A stretch of 64,000 nucleotides of DNA from Candidatus Poseidoniaceae archaeon (GCA_949373095.1 CASIBY010000007.1:20087-84086), one strand, 5' to 3'; shown: positions 19,871 to 29,546, counted from the stretch's first letter. Program-made: numbers and translations. Notes: generated by a model from the sequence alone, not told the origin.

Positions 19871-21299
19871 GATAAATAGTAAGTCCAACTCCGGCCATAA
19901 TCATCATCCAAGAGCCTACCATTTTGATCATGCCCGTAGCTCTTCGCAAGAAGTTAATCATGACTTGGCGGCCCATACCAACCAGCATGGTTACAATCAC
20001 CATGAGAATCAGTAAGCCAGCCATCAATCCTGCCACACCAAAAGCGATTGCAGTAGTGCCGAGTGTGCCCAAAAAGATAACAAACGGGAGAACGGCTGCT
20101 GCCGTACAATCAATTGACGCAGCTGCATATCCAATGCCATAGAGATACATATTACGGCGGGGAGTGAAGGTTTCGTCCATCTCAGTTGTACTGTATTTGT
20201 CAACCCAGTTCTGAACGAATCCCATCACGTGTGATGTCACTCCAAGAAGCATCATTGAACCGAGCACAATGAGAAGAATTGCGACGAATATAGCGATGGT
20301 GTGGATAATACCGGAGGAAGCAAAAAATTCACCCATAATGAGTGCTAGAATTCCAATAAAGCCGAAGAATGTCCACATCCCAAGCCCTGAAAGGATTCCA
20401 ATGTTGAACGAACTTGGCATGCCGGTTTTCAACTTCCCTTGCTCAATTAATTCATCTTCTCTAGCACCGAGTGAAAGATAGTACGAGATGAATCCAGGGA
20501 GCACTGGGAAGGCACATGGGGAAAAGTAAACGAGAATGGACAATACCATCCCGAGGGCGAACACTGCAGCAACCGAAGTGCTGGGTTCTTCCCATCCAAT
20601 TCTTGAATCGAATGTCTCAGTCGTATCTTCAGAAAGTGCCGTCATGAGGGTGCCTTCAAAGGAAGCCCAACCGTCCGCTGGCGTTCCCGTTGGTTGTTGC
20701 TCGATGATGTACCCTTCTTTGTCCAAAATCATGACCACTGGTATTTGTCCTGCACCTTTCGTAGTAAAAAGACGAACAGGGTCAGTTGTTGAGCCGTCTT
20801 CAAGAATGGCTGCCTCAGTTGAACCAAAGCCTGTTGGATACAATGGGACCGTGTACTCTTTCTTGCTCTCATTCATGTACTCAATGGATTCACTATACCA
20901 AGCACCATATGCAAAAATCTTCAGCGACGTGTTGTTTTCGGCTGCAATCGACTGCCATTCGTTCATGTTCTCCTCAAGATGAGCCTGCACGGCGTGACAG
21001 TTGCTGCAATCTCGGGCCATCAAATCCAATATGATGATACTCCCACGATGGTCATCAAGGTTGAACCAACCTGTCTCGTTGGTCAGACCAGCTTCAACAT
21101 CAGAACGGTTGAGAGATTCAAAGACAAGATTTGGAATTGGAGCTGGTTCTGCATCGGATTGAAACAATTCATCCATGCTGTCAAACATGGATAGCGCAGC
21201 GAAGGAAATGGTTACAAACATGACGAGGGCGATTCCAAATGCCTGCCATGTTGTTTTCTCCTTGAAAACGCCGAAATCGACCTGGTCAAGGAACCCCAT
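19833..21299 (-). CDS. thiol:disulfide interchange protein, thioredoxin-like domain fused to a CcdA/DsbD transmembrane domain
   Basis: An N-terminal TM helix, a Trx-fold region with a CSNC motif, and a C-terminal multi-TM region with a …FSPCAFPVLPGFISYY… CcdA-like motif. Confidence 0.65.
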   Translation of the reverse strand: MGFLDQVDFGVFKEKTTWQAFGIALVMFVTISFAALSMFDSMDELFQSDAEPAPIPNLVFESLNRSDVEAGLTNETGWFNLDDHRGSIIILDLMARDCSNCHAVQAHLEENMNEWQSIAAENNTSLKIFAYGAWYSESIEYMNESKKEYTVPLYPTGFGSTEAAILEDGSTTDPVRLFTTKGAGQIPVVMILDKEGYIIEQQPTGTPADGWASFEGTLMTALSEDTTETFDSRIGWEEPSTSVAAVFALGMVLSILVYFSPCAFPVLPGFISYYLSLGAREDELIEQGKLKTGMPSSFNIGILSGLGMWTFFGFIGILALIMGEFFASSGIIHTIAIFVAILLIVLGSMMLLGVTSHVMGFVQNWVDKYSTTEMDETFTPRRNMYLYGIGYAAASIDCTAAAVLPFVIFLGTLGTTAIAFGVAGLMAGLLILMVIVTMLVGMGRQVMINFLRRATGMIKMVGSWMMIMAGVGLTIYLTNPQSVGALLG

Positions 21300-21449
21300 G
21301 CCTCATACTAGGCGACGGTCGTTCAATAAAGTAGCCCAAGCCAGTTCTCATTAGTGCTTGTCATATTATTCAAGTTTGAACCATTCCCATTGCTGTAGCG
21401 TCCCGATTCAGGTGGTCTTGAATGGTCCGATACATACTCAGGGGACTCC

Positions 21450-21637
21450 TGGTGGGCTCGGTCGGAATTGAACCGGTGTCAGTGAACAAAACGCTTGGAT
21501 TTGAATTGTTCATGACTGGTTCAATTCGGCCTATGGAATCAGATGGTGGGCTCGGTCGGAATTGAACCGACGTCAGTGAACAAAACGCTTGGATTTGAAT
21601 TGTTCATGGCTGGTTCAATTCGGCCTACGGAATCAGA
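21450..21637. repeat. two tandem 94-bp direct repeat units, each containing a copy of the tRNA-Val 3' end
   Basis: Units start at 21450 and 21544; a third partial unit at 21638 is the tRNA gene itself. Unit B shares 29/29 nt (tggtgggctcggtcggaattgaaccgacg) with the tRNA-Val 3' end. Unit A shares 26 nt and then has 2 mismatches. Each unit also contains the hairpin tgaacaa-N16-ttgttca and an inverted partial T-arm copy (ggttcaattcgg). Confidence 0.8.
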
Positions 21638-21640
21638 TGG

Positions 21641-21713
21641 TGGGCTCGGTCGGAATTGAACCGACGATCTTCGCCATGTGAAGGCGACGTCATAACCCCT
21701 AGACCACGAGCCC
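21641..21713 (-). tRNA. tRNA-Val (anticodon CAC); CCA encoded (complement of 21638-21640)
   Basis: Manual fold on the minus strand: acceptor gggctcg/cgagccc, anticodon stem tcgcc/ggcga with loop ttCACat, T arm gtcgg-ttcaatt-ccgac, discriminator A. Confidence 0.8.
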
Positions 21714-21758
21714 TAGGTAATTCTCCGACCCGCCTCACGAATTTAAGCCATACTGTGC

Positions 21759-22883
21759 TCAACGGTGCTGGTTTAGATGGACCACTCCGACTTCGAGTCG
21801 CTCGTGGGTTGGATGGACTTCCACCAGCATCACAGGCACCTCAAGCACCTCAGCCAGTTCCTCTGCGAGCGTAAGGGGCAATTCAATTCGCTGTGTTGTT
21901 CCATCGTAGCGAATCCATCCATCTGCAATCCCTAATTCTTGTTTGAGTTCACTGATGTCATCGTTCGCATCTTGAAGTTCAGCAGGAATGGCTCCAAACA
22001 GAATGGTATCATCATCACTGAGCACTTCGTATGGTCTCAATGTCGCCTGACCACGGCGCTTGAAACGGCTCCTTAACTGACCTGCATCCTTGTATTTTGC
22101 AGTACAGAACTTCAAGTGATACGATTTATCTTCAGCAGCTTCTTTCAGGCGTAGAGCAAGTTCTGCCGAACCTTCAGCCGCAGCGGTAATTCCACCGCTA
22201 AGATTGAATCCTCTTACGTCCATGTTCTCTTGATTGCCGACTGTAATTTCTAATTCATTCAAATTTAGGAATTCTACGGGGACTGTTTCAAGTTCGTCAA
22301 GAAGGGCAAAAAGCCCTTCCTCATTATCGGGCTCACAAGGCAATTCAACACCAACAGTGATGCTATGCAGGCTACATGCTTCCATCGTAGCACGGTATTT
22401 GTCAGTCGTCCCACTCAACAAGTGAAATCGGATTTCATCCAACCCGGCTTCGCCGAAATCCTTTGCACGTAGCGGGTCAAACGGAATTGAAGTGTAGACG
22501 TGGATGTGATGTTCAGGGCCAAATGCGGCCTTCAGTTGTCGGACTGCTTCAAGTGTTTTCTCCAAATCAAGCATCGGGTCACCTCCAGTAATTCCTGTAC
22601 CCGTCGCTTTCATTGCATGGCCTTCCTCAATGACTTCATCCCAACTTGTACATCGGCGCTCATTTGCAAACATGTCTGGAGTCTCACGACGGTTTTCGGA
22701 AAGTGGGCAGTAATCGCAACCCCAATGGCACTTTCCTGTGACAAAGAGAACCAATTTACTACCTTGTTGACATTGAATGCAACCCTCTGCTTCACCGTCT
22801 TCTGCGGGTAGAATCTCGGTAGCCATAGGTAAATTTCGCATCATTCCGCCCCCTTGGTATATTGTGCCTGAGAGAGCAGCCAC
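21759..22883 (-). CDS. radical SAM domain protein
   Basis: A CHWGCDYCP (CxxxCxxC) cluster, a glycine-rich SAM motif GITGGDP, and a C-terminal extension. The likely start is an internal Met (MRNLP or MATEILP). Confidence 0.65.
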   Translation of the reverse strand: MAALSGTIYQGGGMMRNLPMATEILPAEDGEAEGCIQCQQGSKLVLFVTGKCHWGCDYCPLSENRRETPDMFANERRCTSWDEVIEEGHAMKATGTGITGGDPMLDLEKTLEAVRQLKAAFGPEHHIHVYTSIPFDPLRAKDFGEAGLDEIRFHLLSGTTDKYRATMEACSLHSITVGVELPCEPDNEEGLFALLDELETVPVEFLNLNELEITVGNQENMDVRGFNLSGGITAAAEGSAELALRLKEAAEDKSYHLKFCTAKYKDAGQLRSRFKRRGQATLRPYEVLSDDDTILFGAIPAELQDANDDISELKQELGIADGWIRYDGTTQRIELPLTLAEELAEVLEVPVMLVEVHPTHERLEVGVVHLNQHR

Positions 22884-23536
22884 CGATGAAACCGTCGGTC
22901 CAAAGTCAATTCAGGATGGAATGTCAGACCCAACCGCATACCGTCAAGGACTCCAACGATTTCATCACCAAGCATTGCAACTGGGGTACAGGAAATCTCC
23001 TCGGCTACGAACCTCGGCGCTCGGATGAACACTCCCGGGAATCCTTCATCCGTGGATGATGCTGCTTGCGATTGCATTTCCAATGGCTGATGAGCAAAAA
23101 TATCACGATCTGCAGGAGCAACATCAAAGACATCGCCCGAAGGAGTTTCAAGCGTCACATCGACCGTTGATTCAAACGATTGACGTTGACGACCCCAACC
23201 ATTTCGATTGATTGAGGCTTGCAAAAATGGTGTTCGTTCGTCACCAGGTGAAGCCATTAAAATCGCCCCTGCACAGGTACCCAAAACAGGTCGCTCCGGA
23301 TGGGCATTCATCCAATCAAAGAGTGATTCTAAAAGCGATTCATGTTGACTAGCAACTCGCATAGTTGTGGATTCTCCTCCGGGTAAAATCAACGCGTCCA
23401 AATCCGAATTAACATGCGATGCACGACGGCATTCGACGATGTTCAAGTCAAGACCCAGCTCACCTGCAGCACCGCGTAATGCTTCCGCATGCTCATGTCG
23501 AGCGCCTTGAAGCATGGCCAAGCCAACACTGAGCAT
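22841..23536 (-). CDS. pdxT: pyridoxal 5'-phosphate synthase glutaminase subunit
   Basis: The LPGGESTTM signature, a GTCAG nucleophile-elbow motif and an FHPEL motif. The start was chosen at MLSVGLAMLQGA (the ORF extends to 23611). No pdxS is adjacent. Confidence 0.7.
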   Translation of the reverse strand: MLSVGLAMLQGARHEHAEALRGAAGELGLDLNIVECRRASHVNSDLDALILPGGESTTMRVASQHESLLESLFDWMNAHPERPVLGTCAGAILMASPGDERTPFLQASINRNGWGRQRQSFESTVDVTLETPSGDVFDVAPADRDIFAHQPLEMQSQAASSTDEGFPGVFIRAPRFVAEEISCTPVAMLGDEIVGVLDGMRLGLTFHPELTLDRRFHRWLLSQAQYTKGAE

Positions 23537-23592
23537 GGTTGCCCCTAACACCTCTTCCCTATCAGTCCAACGCTTGGTGTTGAAACCTAGAC

Positions 23593-24831
23593 ATGAGTGG
23601 TGGGTGTTCAATTGACTTCAAGAACCGTCATGCCTGCCAACGAATCATGTCCCACAGTGGAGACTGCTTTCTTGTCCCCGGCCCGGTACGAATGAATGAT
23701 GCTTGTTTGCAAGCCATGGCTACACCCGTGATGACTGCTCGTGGGCCGGAATTCCGACAGGTGATGGCAAGTTTGAATTCTGGTCTCCGCTATGCGTTTA
23801 ACCTAAGTCCGTCCGTTCCGGAAATGAAGAATCAATCGTGGACTGGTGAAGACGGCTACAAGGTTGTCGTCGTATCTGGAAGCGGAACTGCAGCGATGGA
23901 AATGGTGATCGCAAATCGCTTTCGACAAAACGACTTGGTTCTCGTCCCTACCAACGGAAAATTCGGAGAACGTGTAGCGCAAATTTGTGAACAATTCTGT
24001 AATGTCAAACACCTCAAATACGAATGGGGGCGCTCCTTTGACCTATACGAATTAGAACAACAATTGGAACGTAAATGCTACGAAGCGGTCTTGATTTGTC
24101 ACAACGAAACCAGCACGGGAATCACCCAAGATGCTGCTGCGATCGCAGAAATGTGTGCACGCCATGAAACATCGTTCATTCTGGACGGAATCACATCTGT
24201 CGGAGGAATGCCGGTTCACCCAGCAGAATGGAAGGCAGAAGCAGTGGTAATGGGAGCACAGAAATGCACGGCGGGGCCTTCGGGAATTGCGGCAATTGCA
24301 GTCAGTCCACACTGCGTAGAACGCATGAACGCGATTCATGCTCAAAACGATAACAACCCTCGGTATTACCTTGACATGATGTCGGCTCTCAAGAAAGGGG
24401 ACGACGACCAAACACCTTGGACTCCTGCAATTAACCTGGCCATGGGTTGGTCGGCATCTCTTGGAACCCTGAAGGAAGAAACTAACGAAGCCCGCTGGAA
24501 CCGTTGTGCAAGTTTAGCAAAAGGAGTTCGGAATTTATTTACTGACTTGGGCTTTGTTCTTCTTGCTGATGAAGGACAGCGTAGCGATACCGTCACTGCA
24601 ATCATGTATCCAGAAGGGATTGACGACTCGTGGCGCTCCGCACTCAAGGACAAGTACGATACGCAAGTCATAGGCGCTCAGGACCATCTTAAGGGCAAGA
24701 TGTTTCGTGTCGGCTCAATGGGTGAAACTCCAGTTGAAGAAATGGTTGAAGGTTGTATCCGAATGCTTGCATGTTTTGAGGAACTCGGACTAGAACTTCC
24801 AGAAGTTGATGTGAAATCCTATTTCCAGTGA
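23593..24831 (+). CDS. class V aminotransferase (serine-pyruvate/alanine-glyoxylate/aspartate aminotransferase family)
   Basis: AGXT-family layout (…LVPGPVRM…, SGSGTAAMEM…, a fold-type I Lys region). The likely start is ~23647 (MSHSGD…). Confidence 0.7.
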   Translation: MSGGCSIDFKNRHACQRIMSHSGDCFLVPGPVRMNDACLQAMATPVMTARGPEFRQVMASLNSGLRYAFNLSPSVPEMKNQSWTGEDGYKVVVVSGSGTAAMEMVIANRFRQNDLVLVPTNGKFGERVAQICEQFCNVKHLKYEWGRSFDLYELEQQLERKCYEAVLICHNETSTGITQDAAAIAEMCARHETSFILDGITSVGGMPVHPAEWKAEAVVMGAQKCTAGPSGIAAIAVSPHCVERMNAIHAQNDNNPRYYLDMMSALKKGDDDQTPWTPAINLAMGWSASLGTLKEETNEARWNRCASLAKGVRNLFTDLGFVLLADEGQRSDTVTAIMYPEGIDDSWRSALKDKYDTQVIGAQDHLKGKMFRVGSMGETPVEEMVEGCIRMLACFEELGLELPEVDVKSYFQ

Positions 24832-24840
24832 GGGGACGTA

Positions 24841-25392
24841 ATGACACGGTGCATCGTATTGGGACGGTTTCAGCCGTTCCATCTTGGACATGCATCCCTC
24901 GTCAAAGCCGCAGCAGAACATGCTGGTAATGATGGGGAATTGATCCTAGCCATAGGTTCGGCCCAAGCCGAATGGGAAGCGAGGAATCCATGGACCTTTG
25001 CCGAGCGGGAGGCGATGATTCGCTCTTGGGCGGAAGCGGAGAATGTCGCCCTGGAAGTGGTTGGCATCGAGGACATCAACGACCCCCAAAATTGGGTGAA
25101 GCATGCCACAGCCATACACGGAGATGGAGTGTTGGTCACCTCAGATGAACCAACTGCTGTTCTCTATGAAGCGAGTGGATGGAATGTTGAACGGGTCGAT
25201 TTGTCCCAACGTGAAGCGCTGGAAGGTTGGAGAGTTCGTCAAACGATACGCATGCTCTCAACAGTTTTTGAGGACGACGCTGCTCGTGAAGTTCTGAAAA
25301 CAAGTGTCCCACAACCGATCATTGAATGGTTGATAGAAAACGATGCGATGTTCCGCTGCTCTACATTTGGCACTGGCGTGCATGCAGGATAA
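24841..25392 (+). CDS. nadM: nicotinamide-nucleotide adenylyltransferase, archaeal type
   Basis: The CIVLGRFQPFHLGH motif at the N-terminus, a length of 183 aa, and the cytidylyltransferase fold. Confidence 0.8.
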   Translation: MTRCIVLGRFQPFHLGHASLVKAAAEHAGNDGELILAIGSAQAEWEARNPWTFAEREAMIRSWAEAENVALEVVGIEDINDPQNWVKHATAIHGDGVLVTSDEPTAVLYEASGWNVERVDLSQREALEGWRVRQTIRMLSTVFEDDAAREVLKTSVPQPIIEWLIENDAMFRCSTFGTGVHAG

Positions 25393-25393
25393 T

Positions 25394-25978
25394 TCAATCT
25401 GAAGCAACGACAACTCGGGCTGCAAGAATGACCTTGGATTTGTACAGGTAGCCCTGTTCTAAAACATCAACAACGGTACCGGTAGGAAACTGTTCGGAAG
25501 AAGGGATGGTCGTAATCGCTTCCATTTTGGCTGGGTCGAAAGAGGCGTTCTTTGCATCGATAACGACAACACCGTCCGATTGTAGTTCATGCCACATTTT
25601 GTTTCGTAGTAATCGCAAACCCTGTGCAATTGGGCTCTCATCATCGGCTTCAATACCCACCATGGCACGGTCAACATCACCAAGAATGGTCAACATTCTC
25701 CGAGCAAGACCCATTCCGCCGTATTGAATCAATTCTGCTTTTTCACCCATCATCCGCTTGCGAACATTCTGAATTTCTGCATCCTTGTAGGCAATTTCTT
25801 TCTCGGCAAACTCAGCACGCTCAAGGGCTACTTCCAAAGGGTCACGCTCTTCTTCAACCTCAATCTCAAGCTCTTCTTCTGCTAAAGGCTCGGAAATCTC
25901 CTCTTCCACTGCTGGTGGAATTTGTGCTTCCACTTCGGTTTCCTCGACAGGTGATTCATCAGATGATTCGTCGGACAT
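25394..25978 (-). CDS. grpE: nucleotide exchange factor GrpE
   Basis: An acidic N-terminus and coiled coil. The C-terminal beta domain …FDPAKMEAITTIPSSEQFPTGTVVDVLEQGYLYKSKVILAARVVV matches the GrpE consensus. The start was chosen at MSDESSDE. No dnaK is adjacent. Confidence 0.7.
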   Translation of the reverse strand: MSDESSDESPVEETEVEAQIPPAVEEEISEPLAEEELEIEVEEERDPLEVALERAEFAEKEIAYKDAEIQNVRKRMMGEKAELIQYGGMGLARRMLTILGDVDRAMVGIEADDESPIAQGLRLLRNKMWHELQSDGVVVIDAKNASFDPAKMEAITTIPSSEQFPTGTVVDVLEQGYLYKSKVILAARVVVASD

Positions 25979-26016
25979 CAGTTGCCGGTCCCGCGCATGG
26001 ATTTTGAACCCCACGC

Positions 26017-26700
26017 TTAGGATGAATGAAGATAGGACGAGAGATTCCATTCTCCATAGCCCCATTTGGTAGCCTCAAGATGTTCTCGTCCCAGAACCCA
26101 TTCCAAATCCTCCTCAATAGCCGCACGGTTCACTGCGTAGACGAGTGATTTCGATGCCCGGCTGTGTGCCTGGAATGTTGGAACGATTTTCGGGTCGTCT
26201 TTTTCATCAATCGATTCACCGAGGGCTTTCCTTCGCCCCATCCAATTCAAGACCACACGGTCAGCATATTCTTCAGCCGCTATACCTTTGAGATTAGCAT
26301 GAACCTTATCCCAAACCTGTTGAGTATAGAGTTCGTGAATGTCCCCCACTTCATTTCGCAAGGCTTCCTCAAGATAGAGAAACGCCCGGCCTTCCCAGAC
26401 TTCCCATTGACCTGGACTTGCCCACTTCATGAGCAAAAGTAGGCCTTCTTCACCGTCTTGACATGACAAGAGTGCGTCCCGGACAGAATCGTCTTCCCCA
26501 ACATCTTGCTCGTCCATCCAGTCCAAGAGTTCAGCCTCTGCATCAATAGCAAAGCTGTTGGTCAACTGATGGTCCTGCTCCGGCCGTCGGTCACGAAAAG
26601 AGCCAGCAGCCATTCCTGTTGCGAGTTCAGCCCAAGAGCAATTCATAAGTAAATCAAGTGTTGGGGTGTGGACGAGAAGTCCAATCATCTCAAGCCCCAT
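26017..26700 (-). CDS. hypothetical protein
   Basis: A 227-aa ORF with no recognisable family. Confidence 0.35.
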   Translation of the reverse strand: MGLEMIGLLVHTPTLDLLMNCSWAELATGMAAGSFRDRRPEQDHQLTNSFAIDAEAELLDWMDEQDVGEDDSVRDALLSCQDGEEGLLLLMKWASPGQWEVWEGRAFLYLEEALRNEVGDIHELYTQQVWDKVHANLKGIAAEEYADRVVLNWMGRRKALGESIDEKDDPKIVPTFQAHSRASKSLVYAVNRAAIEEDLEWVLGREHLEATKWGYGEWNLSSYLHSS

Positions 26701-26801
26701 GGGTTTGTGGAAACAACGGTCTCGTTTGAGGCCATCGCTTCATACATTCCAAGGGAGATGAGTTCGGAAAGTGCTTTGTATGCTGAACACATGGTACAAC
26801 C

Positions 26802-28340
26802 ATGCGCAGAATTCTTACGATACTCTTTTGCCTATCGCTGCTAAGCCTTCCAATGAATGCAAATGCACAAGTTTCTGGCGCTGCTGTATCCCTTGAATGC
26901 TCAGAAACTTACATGCCAACCGACCCCCTTGCTGGAGGAAACGAATCCTTTGAGTGTATCGTATCAAACCCAACAACATACACTGAAAACATCAGTATAG
27001 GAGTTACTGGCGACGGGCTTGAAGTTGACGCTCCAGCCTATCTCAACGTCTCTGCGGGCGGAAATGTAACCTTCAATGTCAGTGTCGCATGGGATGCTGG
27101 AGTTGACCCTGATTCAGTACGCACCATTACAACCACTGCAAGTGTAACTGCAATGAACGAAGTTCCGCCACCCAATTCTGCATCATCATCAGTCAATACA
27201 TTGTTTGACTTTGGACACAACTATTCCGCTAATGGATGCACTACTGAGGCTACTACGACCGCAGAATACATTCAATTCCAAATGGGCAACAATCTTGGAA
27301 GCCTCACATTTGAACTGAATCACTCTGCTGCCCCAATCCATGCAGAGAACTTCGCCCTCCTAAGCCTCATGGGTTGTTATGATGACACAATCTTCCACCG
27401 AGTTATTGATAATTTCATGATTCAAGGCGGCGATTTCACCAACTACGATGGCACAGGAGGACATGCTGCATCATGGCAAGGATTCTGTAACGGCCAGGTC
27501 TCCAATAACTCCTCGTGCAGTGGAAGCGGCTCGGATGCTTGGACCATTCCAGACGAAGCAAATAATGGATTGATTCATTCGCCTTATGTGCTTTCAATGG
27601 CCAAGATGAGTGCCCCAAATACTGGTGGCTCTCAATTCTTTATTGTTGATGATTCTTCACAAAATCATTTGGATGGCACACACACTGTATTTGGCAAAGT
27701 TGTTGATGGCACATCTGTAGTCGATTCAATCAGCGCAATGACCACTGGACAATACGGCCGGCCTGTCGTGGATGTTGTGATTGAGCGAGCAATTGTCGTA
27801 TCCGGTGTAGATTTTGACTCGGACTCTGATGGTATTAACAACGAGGCAGACAATTGCCCCGATGATGCAAATCCAAACCAAGAAGACTTTGACAACGATA
27901 ACATGGGGGACGCTTGCGATGATGACAACGACAACGATTTGGTGAACAATTCTGATGATGCATTCCCATTTGATGTCACTGAGCAATCTGACTTTGACGG
28001 TGACGGAACTGGTGATAACGCAGACGCTGATGATGATAACGACGGATTAAACGACACTGATGACGCTTTTGACAACGACGCCAATGAAACCACAGATACT
28101 GATGAAGACGGTATCGGAAACAATGCTGATGCAGACGACGATGGTGACGGGATAGTAGATGAAAGCGACAATTGTCCACTGGTAGCAAATGCTGACCAAG
28201 CCGACGCAGACAACGACGGAATCGGTTCAGCATGTGACGCTGACGAGGTTGAAGACGAAACCCCAGCCGTGCCAGCCCTCGGTCTTGCTGCGACAGGGAT
28301 GGTCGTTCTCTTAGCCAGCATTATTGCACGACGAGATTGA
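26802..28340 (+). CDS. secreted cyclophilin-type peptidyl-prolyl cis-trans isomerase fused to thrombospondin type-3 Ca-binding repeats, with a C-terminal membrane anchor
   Basis: A signal peptide (LLSLPMNANA). A cyclophilin core (HRVIDNFMIQGGDF…, SMAKMSAPNTGGSQFFIV, HTVFGKVVDG). At least six DxDxDGxxDxxDNCP-type TSP3 repeats. A terminal PAVPALGLAATGMVVLLASIIARRD. Confidence 0.8.
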   Translation: MRRILTILFCLSLLSLPMNANAQVSGAAVSLECSETYMPTDPLAGGNESFECIVSNPTTYTENISIGVTGDGLEVDAPAYLNVSAGGNVTFNVSVAWDAGVDPDSVRTITTTASVTAMNEVPPPNSASSSVNTLFDFGHNYSANGCTTEATTTAEYIQFQMGNNLGSLTFELNHSAAPIHAENFALLSLMGCYDDTIFHRVIDNFMIQGGDFTNYDGTGGHAASWQGFCNGQVSNNSSCSGSGSDAWTIPDEANNGLIHSPYVLSMAKMSAPNTGGSQFFIVDDSSQNHLDGTHTVFGKVVDGTSVVDSISAMTTGQYGRPVVDVVIERAIVVSGVDFDSDSDGINNEADNCPDDANPNQEDFDNDNMGDACDDDNDNDLVNNSDDAFPFDVTEQSDFDGDGTGDNADADDDNDGLNDTDDAFDNDANETTDTDEDGIGNNADADDDGDGIVDESDNCPLVANADQADADNDGIGSACDADEVEDETPAVPALGLAATGMVVLLASIIARRD

Positions 28341-28421
28341 GTCCATCGGCCCGTTGAAGAGCCTTTTTTGTAAGAGCCTTCAAGAACGACGTGCTGAACC
28401 CCGAAGCAGGAGGGTCTTGTC

Positions 28422-29537
28422 TTGGCGACGATTAAGGAGCAAATCGAGTTAATTCGCGTCGAGATCGATAAGACCCAGAAAAACAAAGCCACAAACGCCC
28501 ACATTGGGAAGTTAAAGGCAAAGATCGCCCAACTCAAACTAAAGGAAGAGAAGGTCGCTGCACACTCAAAAGCAAGCGGCGGCGGTAAAGGATTTGAAAT
28601 TCGCAAATCCGGTGACGCTACTGTTGCTCTGGTTGGATTTCCTTCAGTGGGTAAATCGACCCTCATTTCTAAGGTCACGGATGCACACTCTGAAACCGGT
28701 GGCTACGCCTTTACCACGCTCACATGTATTCCCGGAGTGATGGAACATCGTGGAGCTAAAATCCAGATTCTGGACTTGCCTGGACTCATCAAGGGGGCAG
28801 CCGAAGGAAAGGGACGTGGAAGAGAAATTCTCAATGTCATCCGGAGTGCAGACATGGTGCTGTATATCGTTGACCCGTTCCAAGACGGGCACTTTGATGT
28901 TCTTCACAGAGAACTACACAATGCTGGACTTCGCTTGAACGAAGAGAAGCCGCCGATTTTCATTAAGCGAACCGACCGAGGTGGAGTTGAAATCCGCAGT
29001 ACAGTTGAACAAACCCACCTGACGAATGAGGAAATGGCCGACATCATCCGTTCCTTTGGATACACATCCGCTCTAGTCACACTTCGTGAAGATTCTACTG
29101 CTGAACAAATCGTTGACTGTCTAGCAGGAAATCGTATTTACGAAACTGCGGTTATTGCCATTAACAAAATTGACATCGCTACCGACCATGATATCGCAAG
29201 AACACGAGCAGCCTTACCCCATGATTGGCCCGTGATGAACATTTCAGCATTCAAAGACATTGGATTAGAGGAAATGAAAGATTTCATCTATAATAATCTT
29301 GGATTTATGCGAGTCTACCTCAAGCCACAAGGGCAAGATGCTGACATGGAAGACCCCCTCATAGTCAAGGATGATTCTACAGTTCAAAACATCTGTATCA
29401 AACTCCACCGTGATTTCGTGAGGAAGTTCCGATTCGCACGAATTCGTGGACCAAGTGCTAAATTTGACGACCAACGGGTAGGCCTAGACCATCAACTCAA
29501 GGATGGAGATGTCCTGACTATCGTTGTCAAGCGCTGA
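28422..29537 (+). CDS. developmentally regulated GTP-binding protein (DRG/Obg-like, with TGS domain); TTG start
   Basis: A G1 motif GFPSVGKST, G3 DLPG, G4 NKID, and a typical DRG N-terminus (IELIRVEIDKTQKNKAT…). The C-terminal region has a TGS domain (…DGDVLTIV). Confidence 0.8.
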   Translation: MATIKEQIELIRVEIDKTQKNKATNAHIGKLKAKIAQLKLKEEKVAAHSKASGGGKGFEIRKSGDATVALVGFPSVGKSTLISKVTDAHSETGGYAFTTLTCIPGVMEHRGAKIQILDLPGLIKGAAEGKGRGREILNVIRSADMVLYIVDPFQDGHFDVLHRELHNAGLRLNEEKPPIFIKRTDRGGVEIRSTVEQTHLTNEEMADIIRSFGYTSALVTLREDSTAEQIVDCLAGNRIYETAVIAINKIDIATDHDIARTRAALPHDWPVMNISAFKDIGLEEMKDFIYNNLGFMRVYLKPQGQDADMEDPLIVKDDSTVQNICIKLHRDFVRKFRFARIRGPSAKFDDQRVGLDHQLKDGDVLTIVVKR

Positions 29538-29546
29538 GAAGAACAT

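Noticed and set aside
21440-21720. Possible CRISPR array
   Set aside because: Repeat units are 94 bp with no unique spacers between them. The repeated part is a tRNA 3' end. No cas genes are in the window.
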